Shown here: in pieces, positions 29,473-46,310 of the stretch | Layout of the letters: each line of letters opens with the position of its first letter | How positions within the stretch are numbered: position 1 is the first letter of the stretch | Origin: the human T2T-CHM13v2.0 reference genome, Homo sapiens | NCBI RefSeq assembly: GCF_009914755.1 | Contig: NC_060935.1 | Length of the DNA: 64,000 bases | Direction: 5' to 3' (one strand) | The notes under the pieces: model-generated | The model's input: the letters and a program-made list of their open reading frames with translations, nothing else | Database searches by the model: none | Told to the model about the DNA's origin: nothing | Program-made: the position numbers and the translations under genes

Positions 29473-29795
29473 CTTATTTGAAGGCTTTTAGATAGGAGAG
29501 TGGTGTGGTGATATCTGAGCTCTAGAAAGATCATTCAAAAGGCAGTGTAGAAGATGGCCTAGACTAGAGACAAGGAACATAGAAGTCTGGTAGTAGTTGA
29601 GTGAGAGATTAGACCCAACACTAAGGCAGTATGGAGACAGAAGGGGCACTTTCAGAGATAGAATCCATAGGATTTGGTGATTGGATTTGGCATTAAGATG
29701 AGAGAGAAGACCGTGGTAATTTCCAAGTTTTTGGCTTGGGCCACTGGGTAAGAATATTTTTTAAAAGCCTTCAAGTAATAGCCACAGAATAAATT

Positions 29796-29799
<4 letters not shown>

Positions 29800-29830
<31 letters not shown>

Positions 29831-30104
29831 GAGACAGGGTTTTACTCTGTCACCCAGGCAGGAATACAATGACACAATCTCAGCTCACTGCAGCCTCGAC
29901 CTTCCAAGCTCAGGTGATCCTCCCACCTCAAGTAGCTGGGAATATATTTGTGCACTACCATGTGTGGCTAATTTTTCTATTTTTTATAGAGTTGGGGTTT
30001 CGCTATGTTATCCAGGCTGGTCTCAAACTCCTGGGCTCAAGCCACTCGTCCACCTCAGCCTCCCAAAGTGCTGGGGTTATAGGCGTGGGCTACCATGCCT
30101 GGTC
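29800..30104 (-). mobile_element. AluJ
   Basis: Alu dimer. Confidence 0.9.
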
Positions 30105-30149
30105 TCCTACTTTCATATTATGTGTTTTCATAAATACCTTTAAGACAAT

Positions 30150-30262
30150 TTCTTGCTTGCTTGCTTTTCTTTTTCTTTCTTCTTTCTTGCCTTCCTTCCT
30201 TCGTTCCTTCCTTCCTTCCCCTCCCTCCCTCCCCTCCCTTCCTTCCTTCCCCTCCCCTCCCC
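30150..30262. repeat. (CTT/CCTT/CCCT)n pyrimidine tract
   Basis: Seen directly. Confidence 0.9.
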
Positions 30263-30919
30263 ACTGAGGTTATAGTCAGTGAATAGGTAGTCTCCCTGCT
30301 TTTGAATTTATGAGATTCCCCACCATGCTCTAATCAATGCTACTGCTACGAAACTGTAACTTTTCTAAATAGCTACTAAATATATAGCTATTAAACTTTT
30401 ATATGTAGTTACTAAATCTTTTCTAAAACTTTTCCACCCAATATCTTATTAGTTCCACTGCCCTAAGAAATAGGTAAAGTGGGTATTATTGTGCCCATTT
30501 TGTAAATAATGAAATTGTGTAACTTGCAGAAAGATTTCATGGTGAATTAGTAGCAAAGCTAGAAATTGAACCCAGATTTACTAATATGCTGATGTGCTAT
30601 TTCTACTATTTTTACTTCAATCATTGCCTCTTTGACATATAACTCTGGAGATCATGCATCTCCATTACAGTATTATGAAAGAAGTACTTAGTGTACTGAG
30701 GATCGTATCATTTCCCTTACAGAATAAATGCACTAATAGGCAAAAACCAATGTGGACTCAATTTTAAGTTAAGTAATTCAGAAAAACTATTCCATTGGTC
30801 TCTATGTAAACAAAACTGGGAACTGTGAGTATATAGGTAAAGCTCGTGCTATGTTATCAGAGGTTATCTTTCCCAGTCCCTCACTCAGTCAGCAAATATT
30901 TGTTTTAGACCACCTAGTA

Positions 30920-31157
30920 CAGTCGTCTCTCAGTCTATGCAGGGATTGGTTCCAGGACCCCTGTTTATACCAAAATCCACGCATAATCAAGGCCTACATT
31001 AGTCCTGTGGAACTCTCATATGTGAAAAGTCAATCTTCCGTATACAGGGCTTCATATCCCTAGAATAGTGTATTTTCGATCCATATTTGGTTGAAAAAAA
31101 TCCACCTAAAAGTGTGGACCTGCACAGCTGAAACCTGTGTTGTTCAAGGGTCAGCTG
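30920..31157. mobile_element. MER8 (Tigger2-related MITE)
   Basis: TA|cagtcgtctctcag...gtgttgttcaagggtcagctg, ~238 bp. Confidence 0.8.
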
Positions 31158-32299
31158 CATGTTGAAGAATATGGCTAGAGCTAGTTTCTGTGATAGAACA
31201 TATGGAGATAACTATGGAAAACAGTCTTCAGATAGCCTTAACTTTTTTCCTGATATAGAAGTGGGGCCTCTTCAAGAATGTATTTACTATCACGAGGGAT
31301 TCATATAGCATTTGGACTCTTAGCAGATGTGGGTTTCTTTATCTTTCTAATAGCAGCTGCCAGTGACTCATCCAGCTGCTAAGAATAAGCAGCTCCAAAT
31401 TCCCCCAGTTTCTCCTTGTGCCATAAACAAGACCTAGATTTTATGCTGGCTGTTTATTGTTATCCTTCTTAATCAGACAGCCTCAGATTTCTTAGACTAA
31501 ATGCAACATCTGTGTCTAGGTGTTCCTAAAATAATTGGTTAAGTAGCTTTAATGTATTCTCAGCTTTTTCTAGGAAACTCCAGAACATCTTTCTAAACCA
31601 GAATGTGTCAATCTCCAATTTTAATCCGGAATTAGTGAAAACTCTTGGCGGCAAGGTTCTAAAGGAAAGGATTTATTAAGCCCCATTTTATCAATTATAA
31701 TGCCAGGTACCTACCTACTCAGTGGAACTCCTACTGCATTATTCTTCTGCAGATAACTTCCTTAGAATGTCATGTGCATACTTTAGCATTATCAAGTGGA
31801 AAGTAACTCTTCTGGGAGGTAGCAAAACAAGAGCATAACATATCTAAAAATGAAGCCACCTGTAGAACTCTAAGGACCTGGTCCCTTTTGACAAAAAATA
31901 TTTTATTCCAGTTTTTAGCAAGTACAGGATATGATATCTTTTCTGCATGACTGAGTACTGATGCTAATTATCTTGTCCAAATTTTAGATAATCTCATGAA
32001 GACTGTAACAAACCTCTTGGTATCTAAGCAACTTTAGACTCTTGGAAGCAAAAGTTATATTAGAATTTTAAAAGCCTTTAAAATTACACTTCTCACTTTG
32101 CTAATTTTTTCTGTATAGGAATATTAATCTGAATTTTCTAAGTCTGGCAAAGATTGATATTCTCTTAATGTAAATCTTTACTTCTGTTTAGGGATATCGG
32201 CTCAAAAGTGCCTTCTCCAAGTTTATTTTCAATTAGAATTTAATTTTCAATATATACATATATACACATACATACATATATATATTTCATTTGATAAAA

Positions 32300-33470
<1,171 letters not shown>

Positions 33471-33479
33471 AAATGATAA

Positions 33480-33685
33480 TAATAGCAATTAACATTTATT
33501 AAGTGCTTCTATGTAGATTATCTCATTTTTCTTCACAACAACCCTATGTGTTAGGTAGATGCTATTATTTCCTTTGCATAGAAAATGAAACAGATTTAGA
33601 ATGTTAAATAACTTGCTGTAGGTCACACACCCAGTCAATGAAAAAGCCAATGCCAGGAGAAGCCATGAAGTCTGACTCCAGGCTG
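33480..33685 (-). mobile_element. MIR SINE
   Basis: cttcacaacaaccctatg..aaatgaaacagatttagaatgttaaataacttgctgtaggtcacac. Confidence 0.65.
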
Positions 33686-33805
33686 TATTATTGCTTCAGC
33701 GTGTTATGCATCAACACTGCATGACAGGCTGGAAATACAAATGAGTAAGTGACAATACTTGCCCTCAAGGAGCTCTTATTCTAGGAGAAGAAACAGTAGC
33801 ATAGG

Positions 33806-34203
33806 AACCAACCCAAATGCCCATCAATGATAGACTGGATAAAGAAAATATGGAACATATACACCACAGAATACTATGCAGCCATAAAAAGGAACGAGAT
33901 CGTGTCCTTTGCAGGGACATGGATGAAGCTGGAAGCCATCATCCTCAGCAAACTAACACAGGAACAGAAAACCAAACACTGCATGTTCTCACTCATAAGT
34001 GGGAGTTGAACAATGAGAACACGATGGACACAGGGAGGAGAACATCACACACCAGGTCCTGTTGGGGGGCTGGGGGGTGAAGGAAGGGAAGTTAGAGGGC
34101 AGGTCAATAGTTGCAGCAAACCACCATGGTACACGTATACCTATGTAACAAGCCTGCACATTCTGTACATCTATCCCGTTTTTTTTAGAAGAAATAAAAT
34201 AAA
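33806..34203 (+). mobile_element. L1PA8A-like 3' fragment
   Basis: ORF2 C-terminus WIKKIWNIYTTEYYAAIKRNE..., 3' end tatcccgttttttttagaagaaataaa. Confidence 0.85.
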
Positions 34204-34675
34204 CTAGATTCTTAATTCAACCCCACCCCCTCTCTGCCAAAAAAAACCTGAGTGGTGTAGAAATAGTCTCCATAGAGTACAGGTGATTTTTAGAGCCACA
34301 CATAAGATTCCATAATAGCACAAGGGAGAAAATAGTCAATTCTATAGAAGCGGGTGAAGGCTATAAAGGTGCAAAGACAGTTGGGATGGATCTTGGAGCA
34401 GTAGAAAGCTGTTAAGCAAATAAGGAATACGTTCTAAAAACAGGGAACACGATTTCTGAAAGTATGATAACATGAAACAACATGGTTCCTTTGGAAAGTG
34501 GTAAGAAGTCATTGTGGCCAGTATTTAACACATAATAAGGAAACACTACCACAGTCAATAGGAGATAATGCGGAATGCTTTTATGTGCCATACACTGAGC
34601 AAAATGTTTACATGTATTCATTCATTTAATCCACACAATAAACATATGAGTTGATATGATTACTATCCTGTTTTA

Positions 34676-35410
<735 letters not shown>

Positions 35411-35483
35411 ACAAAGTCCACATTCTTAACAACTCTGCTGTGCCTGCTACCCCAGGTTATGAAGGGCTTTGTGTGCACTAAAA

Positions 35484-35680
35484 AGCATAAGAATGATACA
35501 ATGGACTTTGGGGACCCGGGGAAAGGATGGGTTGGGGGTGAGGGATAAAGGACTACAAATTGGGTTCATTGTTACTGCTTGGGTAATGGGTGCAACAAAA
35601 TCTCACAAATCGCCACTAAAGAACCTACTCATGTAAACCAGATACCACTGGTTCCCCCAAAACCCTATGAAAATAAAAAA
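35484..35680 (+). mobile_element. L1PB1-like 3' end
   Basis: gcataagaatgatacaatggactttgggga...atctcacaaatcgccactaaagaac...aaataaaaaa. Confidence 0.8.
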
Positions 35681-36819
35681 TTTCTCCTGAAGTTAGTAGA
35701 ATCTTCTCCATTTGTGTGGTATTTTCACATGTAACACAGACAAAAGCATGGAAAATGTAAGGCAGGTAAAAGTGAAAGCATAGACCCGTTAGGAGACTAC
35801 TACAATATAACAGAAATGACCATGAAAATGAAGAGCTATTTAAGAAGTTGGTTTGACAGGATTTGCTGATTCATTGTGTGAGGGATGTGGCAGAGAAAGA
35901 GTCAAGAATGAATGCCAGAATGTAAAGTATGGCCAGTTTTATCCCTCTCTTGCTTTTTTCCTTTCCTTTTTTTTCTTTCATCTTTTATGTTTCACTCTGA
36001 ATTCACAGTGGTTTTGTGTTCATATTTATTCATTCGACAAACATTTATGTATCAGTTCTTGGTGATAAAGCAGTGACTGGGACAGACAGAAATTTTTATT
36101 CTTGTCAACTTTGCTGTATGATCAGAAAATTGACAAAAATCCCTGCTTTTATAGAGCTTACATTCTAGGAATCAGGGAATTGCAGTGGGTCTATCTGAGT
36201 ATGTGATAAAAATCTGTTAGTTTTTCTAAAATATCTATTGTTTATGGTGGACAAAGTGATGTCAAGGGAAAATGCAGACACTTTAGGCTGAAATGAAGAT
36301 GTTGGTCTGACTTCTTTTTGTAATTGCCTTGAACTTCACTTGATTTTGCTTGTCACTAATCCTTATCTTCACCAGTAAAAATCATTCAGTGAGGATTAAT
36401 AGCGCTTTACTACAGGAGTGGGTGGCTGTCTTTGAATTATTAAAGAGCAATTGTTGCTTCTGTAATGTTTTAAACAAACAAGAACTGTTCCATGTGGTCT
36501 CTTCAGTGATGTGGGCCCCACCAGCCAATTATCTTCACCTGCTCCAGCCAGTGCATCTCCTCTTCTCATTTTCTCCCAGAAACCAGATGTAGACAATCAA
36601 CAAGAATTTCAGTGCCTGTTTCCTAGCTCCCGTTTTGTTTATTTCTCCTGAGTTCCTAATTTTCCCTTTGTTTTTCATGTTTATTTCCTTCTTCAAAATC
36701 TTTTCTCCAGGGAGAAAATTGACAATTGATGGCCCCTCAAATCATTCACCTCTGTACCTCCAATAACTTTAATCTTTCCCCCTATTTAATGTTCTCTTTT
36801 TTTTCAATGTTGGTTATTT

Positions 36820-37170
36820 GGGGCTCTTACGCAAGCATTCCTGGAATGCTTTTGTCACTATCTTCTCTCCCACCTGAAGCTCCTCAACCCTCCATACATA
36901 ATACCTGTAGGTTTTAGTTTTAAAGGTCAGGTCCTTAAAGAAGCCTTCTCTGTGACTCCCTTCCTTATCTGAATTGGGTCCTTCCATTATAATTTTTCAG
37001 ATTATCCTCTGATTTTTATCATATCATTTATTACAGTTTCTGACTCAGTATTTACTTGAATGACTTTTAATGTCCATCTCCCTTATTAAAATTATAAACT
37101 TTATGAGTACAGGAACCTTGTTTGTTTTGCCAGTAATTATATCCCTAGCACCTAATACAGGTGAATGATT
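36820..37170 (+). mobile_element. L2 3' fragment
   Basis: cctggaatgctttt..aagccttctctgtgact..aaactttatgagtacaggaaccttgtttgttttg..atccctagcacctaatacag. Confidence 0.6.
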
Positions 37171-37585
37171 TTTTTGTTATATAATATGAAGGCTTACCTT
37201 TTCCCAGTAATGATACAGAAGATAGATTATTGAATGGATTATATTATCATTCATTTTATCAGAGGATAGGTTAGTTTTTAAAATCTGCTTTACACTAACT
37301 TTTCTATATTGTATAGGAACTTCTGATTTAAATTAATAATAGCTACCCCTTATTGAGCAAATGCTATATGCCAGGTACTAAAGTTCATGTTTAAAGTGTT
37401 CCACTAAAAACCAGCCTAATCAAAGCTATACTATACTAAATAACACCTAATTAAAATAATATTCAGTATTCCAAAATAAGGATTTGAAAGATTTAGATCA
37501 TGATCTGTAATCAAACTTTAAACACTGGTGAATAGTACATCCGTTCCTTCTTTTGTATTCTGGGTTTTTGCCTTCACTCCATGAA

Positions 37586-37912
37586 AGGTATCACAAACTA
37601 GTAGTCGGCTAACTACACATGCCTTGGCCTACAGATGTGTCTTCTTTGACTTTCAGTGTTAAAAATACTTAGATTCAATTAGATGCCAATGTTTCACATA
37701 AAAGTCTCAATTTCAGTTTCACTTGAAGAATGGAAAATCCTCCCAGCACCATGCCCACATTCCTGCAGGGAGACAGTTCACCAGGGCAGAGATGCAGCTG
37801 CTCCCTTTAGACAGGGCATGTGGTCTCAGATTTACCACCAACCCAAGCTGCCCTGCTTCACCTGCTGACATTCCCTGCGCGTCTGTAGGCATTGGAGTTT
37901 GCTACCATTGCT
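37586..37912. mobile_element. MER102-like hAT-Charlie element
   Basis: ggcctacagatgtgtc..., ctgtaggcattggagtttgctacc end. Confidence 0.55.
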
Positions 37913-38109
37913 AGAGCTTCTTGGTCCATTTATAATCACTAAAAGGTAAAGTTTCACTCTTAATTCAGTCAGGAGCTTTTTCCTCAACTATTAATAGATT
38001 CTCTTTCTCTTTTCTCCTTGATATCTCCATGATATCACATAAAATTTTAGAATTAGAAGGGACCTTAGAAATTATTTCATCTTGAAACTAGGTCTTAAAT
38101 ATATATATA

Positions 38110-41107
<2,998 letters not shown>

Positions 41108-41109
41108 TA

Positions 41110-41937
41110 CAGCAGGTCCTCAAATAACATAATTGCATTATAACATTGATGAGGAAAAAAAAAATTGATTCCCAGCTGGGGCCACTGTGTGAAATTTGCA
41201 CATTCTCCCCATGTCTGCATGGATTTTCTCTGGGTACTCCAGTTTTCTACCACAGATGTATGTGTTGGGTTCATTGGTGTGACTAAATGGTCCCAGTGTG
41301 AGTGAATGTTGGTGTGTGTGTGTGCTCCCCGAGATGGAATGAGATGTCCTGTACAGGGCTATCCACCTTGTGTCCCAGGCTTCCAGGATAGGCTCTGGCC
41401 ACCTGCAACCCTAAGCTAGAATAAGCAGGTTGGAAAATGAATGAATACAAATTATTATTGAATACAAATTATTATCAAATACAAATTTATAAAGTAGATG
41501 ATAATCATACAACTGCACAACAATAAGCGATGAGGTATGAAAGCGTTCAGCTAGCCCACCATATTTGTGATTGTTTTTTAATTCATGGTCGGAGGAGGTG
41601 CTCCTTAAATTTTTCTATTTGCAAATATCTATTCCCTTATTTAATCCACCACCACTACAACTGTCGTCATTCAGCGATTCACCAAAAATTGGGTAATCTT
41701 ACTTGTTGTTATTAACCTTTCTTAAATGTATGTATAGCCCACATTTATTTCAATGTTTAATATTAGAGGTGTGTAGGGTCTTTATTTAGAAGTTGGGTGA
41801 TTATTTGTGACCAGAAACATGCCATAGGAACTTAACTCTTGTTTATGTCGATTAGCCTATGATGAAATTGGTTTTATTATACCTTGTTTCACTTAAAGTC
41901 AGTTTCCAAGAACCTATTGATGAGGTTGAGGACTTTT
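41110..41937 (+). mobile_element. MER6 DNA transposon (Tigger group)
   Basis: TA|cagcaggtcctcaaataac...ttgcacattctccccatgtctgc...agtttccaagaacctattgatgaggttgaggactt. Confidence 0.8.
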
Positions 41938-42262
41938 ATTTGGTTTTAAGGTAAAAGTGTGCCAAAAAATTGAGATTCATACAGATAAGTAGCTTCAAAT
42001 ACTAATAGATTTGTTTTTAACATTTTGACTGATCTTTTTTTAGCTTTACTAATGTTCAGAAAGGGAGTAATAGTAAATTTGTGTTTCAAAGCTGAGTTGC
42101 TCACATTCCTAATTAATGAGTAATCACTCTGGAGAAATCAACAAATTTTCTCAGCTAGTTTAAAAATTTTATTGTTTGGAGAAAAATAAATGTATATTAT
42201 AACATCATATATAAGTTGTTCAATGGTATTATTTTTTGAAAAGATCAGATGACTCAAAGGCT

Positions 42263-42670
42263 AGTATGACTGAACTGTGTCTGCCCCCCCCAAATTCCCA
42301 TGTTGAAGCCATACCTCCAATGTGACTATATTTGAAGAAATTCCTCCTGTAAGGAGGAAATTAAGGTTAAGAGAGGTGATAAGGGTAGGGCTTCATCAGA
42401 TAGGAAGGATTAGTATCCTTGCAAGAAGAGACACCGGAACTGGTGTCCCTGTAAGAGGAGATACCAGAGAGCTGCCCATGCCCCTCCACGTGAGGACACA
42501 GTGAGAAGGCAGCTGTCTGCAAACCAAGGAGAGAGCCTTTACCAGACACCAACTCTGCTGGCACCTTGATCTCAGACTTCCAGTCCCCAGAACTGTGAGA
42601 AAATTAATTTCTGCTGTTTAAGTCACTCAGTCTATGGTATTTGTTACGGCAGCCCGGACAGACTAACACA
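42263..42670 (+). mobile_element. MLT1A-like MaLR solo LTR
   Basis: ccccaaattcccatgttgaagcc..aaggttaagagaggtgataagggt..cagacttccagtccccagaactgtgagaaaattaatttctgctgtttaag..gactaacaca. Confidence 0.8.
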
Positions 42671-43123
42671 GAGGTCTTCTTTTTAACTCACAGTTTCAGC
42701 ACAGAAAGATTCATTTTATTTTGCATGTTGACTCCAAAACCTGTTTTGATTTATCATTAACATTTTATCTGAAGTTGTGAGTATGGCCGTGTTGTGACCC
42801 TGCGTTATCAAATTGAGCCATCTAATTTATTTCCACATTGATAAACTTATATTCAATGGATTTTAGTTTAAGGTAGAAATAATGATAATTACTTTTTTTT
42901 TTTAACTGTAGTCCTCATACCTGCCTTATGTCAATCAGGAAACTTTAGTATAAAAGAATAAATTTTGATACAACTGCTTATATCCCTGCAAATAACTCAG
43001 AAAGATCTGCAGCTTAAAGACTTTGTCCTAATAAAACTGACAGCCTGTATCAATCTGTATGTTATCCAATGTAATATTTTTTAAAATGTAAATGTTAATT
43101 TTGAAAACTGCATGTGTAATTTT

Positions 43124-43444
<321 letters not shown>

Positions 43445-44549
43445 CTAGTGCTTATCTACACAATATTTTTGGCTGCCTTCTCTTTTATGTGATCCTCTAC
43501 TCCTTGAATTTTTTTCTGCCATTGCCTTTCCAGTCACCGTACAAATATGACTACCTTATACTACTTTGTTAGTATCTTAACACTTAAAGACTTCCATTTT
43601 ATAATTATCAAGCATTTTATAAAATAATAAATTTACTTTGCATTTGCTTCTATACCAGATCATATAAGTAAAAGGAGAGCTTGACAACATCTGTCTTCTC
43701 ATCCAGTATAAAGATTTTATGTAATCTCAGCTTTCATGCCAATATAGTCCTGGATTAAAAAGAAAATAAAAAGACCAGAGCAGATAATAATTTCCTAATC
43801 AGTGGCACATTTACAGTTGCAAATATATATATATATTTGTGGAGTAGGAGAAATTCCACAAATGAGTTAACCTATGAGCACAGGTTGATAGTGTGTGTAT
43901 ATTAAAATTTACTGTGTAACATATTTAGTGTACATTTTGTTTTTCTTATAGACTTTAAATAAAAGTATGTTTTTAATAAGAATTGAAATTAAACTTTTAT
44001 AGAAACTTCTAAGTGCCTCTGCAAATTTCTAAGCTTCTGTGGAACATGGTTTGAAAACTACTGATCTACTTCAACCCTTCCCCATTGTGTAAATATAAAA
44101 ATCAAAGCCAAGGTCTCCTAGTCACTTGGTAGGACCTGTAAAACCAAGACTAAATTCAGGTCTTCTGGTTGTCAGTCAAATGTTCTAGCCATTATCATGC
44201 TCTGCTGCTAAATGAACATATACATTTTGTGTCATTTAGTCTCTGAGATGAATGTATGATTTTGTAGCCCAAAACGTAATTGTAGTAGTTAAGGCATAAG
44301 AATGCATTGCCCATGTGATTTTATTTCTTCTTTCATTGTTTTACAGATGAAGGTAAAGTAGCTACAAGTTCTTTAATTTTAAGTTCCATTTTACCTATCT
44401 TCAAGAGAAAAAATAGTTACTCCACCTGGTTTAAAATTTAAAAATAATAATTCTTATTAGAGAGGGACGTATAATACTTGTTTATTGGATATTTCATGCT
44501 TTGAAGGACATAATAAGCAGATTTTGGAAGTTCTTTGAAAATACAAGAG

Positions 44550-44886
44550 TTTTATTGTTGTTGTTGTTGCTGTTTATTTTATTATTATTATTTTTTTTTT
44601 GAGACAGAGTCTCACTCTGTAGCCCAGGTTGGAGTGCAGTGGCACGATCTCACTCACTGCTACCTCCTCCTCCTGGGTCCTGGTTCCAGCAATTCTCCTG
44701 CCTCAGCCTCCCAAATAGCTGGGATTACCGGCATGTGCCACCATGCCCAGCTAATTTTTGTGTTTTTAGTAGAGACGGGGGTTTCACCATGTTGGCCAGG
44801 CTGGTCTTGAACTCCTGACCTCATGATCCACCCGCCTTGGCCTCCCAAAGTGCTGGGATTACAGGCATGAGCCACCGCACCCGGCC
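44550..44886 (-). mobile_element. AluS
   Basis: Alu dimer. Confidence 0.93.
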
Positions 44887-44973
44887 GTTGTTGCTTTTTA
44901 ATTTTAAAGTTAGGCTGAAGTGAGACTGTAACACACAACGTTATTAAACGCATTCTCTAAAGTAGATCTACCA

Positions 44974-45112
44974 AGCCAGGCACAGTGCACATGCCGGTAA
45001 TCTCACTTGAGCCCAGGAGCCCAGGAGTTGGAGAACATAAGTGCACTATGAATGTGCCTGTAAATACCCACTGATCTGCAGCCTGGGCAACAGAGTGAGA
45101 CACCATCTCAAA
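44974..45112 (+). mobile_element. FAM (fossil Alu monomer)
   Basis: gtgcactatgaatgtgcctgtaaatacccactg segment typical of FAM. Confidence 0.65.
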
Positions 45113-45269
45113 CAGGGTGGGTGGATGGATGGAGAGAGGGGGAGAGAGAGAGAGAGAGAGAGCTGGAAGTATGTAAAAGCAAATATAAATAATGTTGAAA
45201 ATTTAATATTTTCCAGTTTTATTTTGCTTGGCATAACCTGCTCTTGATTCCCACTGATACCGCCTGACC

Positions 45270-45610
45270 CTAATTTAGAAACCTAATTAGACACCTTGGG
45301 GAGGTTGTCAAAAAGACAGATTCCTTGATCCCACCTCAAACGTACTCGACCACAGCCAGCAGGCAAGGGGCCTGGGAATTAATTTTAACAAGCATTTCAG
45401 GTGATTCTTAGGATCACTCAAGTTTGGGAAACATTAAGCGGTTTCAACCCTGCTTGCATATTAGGATCAGCTAGGGTGCTTTTAAAAAATACTGTTGCCT
45501 AGGTCCCTCCCCAGACCACTTTAATCAGAATCTTTTTGGTTGGGACCCAGGCATTTTAAATGCTCTGCAGGTGGTTCTCATACACACTGAAGCTTGAGAA
45601 CTCCTGCAAG
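45270..45610. mobile_element. MER5A/MER5B hAT-Charlie MITEs
   Basis: ttttaacaagcatttcaggtgattct..aagtttgggaa; taatcagaatct..gggacccaggcattttaaatgctctgcaggtggttct. Confidence 0.6.
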
Positions 45611-46149
45611 ACAGTTGGAAATGTAATTCTCTGAAGCACAGCCCTGGTCTTGTCACTGCTGCTGAGAACCTCAATGGTTCTGTATTGCCTACTAATGAAA
45701 TATGAATTTATGACTATCATAAGGCTACTCATGACCCAACACCAGCTTTCCAACCACTACTCTCCTACTTATAGACTATACTCTGGCCACACAGAAACAC
45801 TTTCCCCAAACACTCCTTGTGCTTTCCCCCTTTCACACCTCTGTTTTTGCTTTCCCACCATGTAGAACTTTCCCCCATGTCTGTCTGTCACAGTCCTGCC
45901 CATCCTCAAATAGACCCAGCTCAAGTAGATTCCCATTTCCTCCTGTCCTTGCCCTCCCCTGCCTCCATTCAAAAGCGACCTCTTAGGGCATTTGTCCTAT
46001 CATACCTTATATTTAGTTATTGGCAAATACATAGTCTCTTTCATAAAATGCCATGTGGAATTAAGAATAAGTGGATTTTTATCTTTCCTTTTTCCCCATC
46101 TAGATTGTAAATTTGTAATATCAACTATCTGTTTACTTCTGTGTGAGGC

Positions 46150-46310
46150 ACTAAAGAGAAAGACTTTAGAGTCAAATGGCCCTAGGTTCAGGTGCCTTTT
46201 TTATTGGATATGGCTGTGTGACCATGGTCAGGTTAATTTTTCCAAGCCTTAGTTTTCTCATCTATAAAATGGAGAATATACTACTTCAGTGTTGTGAAAA
46301 CTAGATTTGA
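46150..46310 (+). mobile_element. MIR SINE
   Basis: gactttagagtcaaatggccctaggttca..gctgtgtgaccatggtcaggttaattt..ttttctcatctataaaatggag. Confidence 0.75.
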
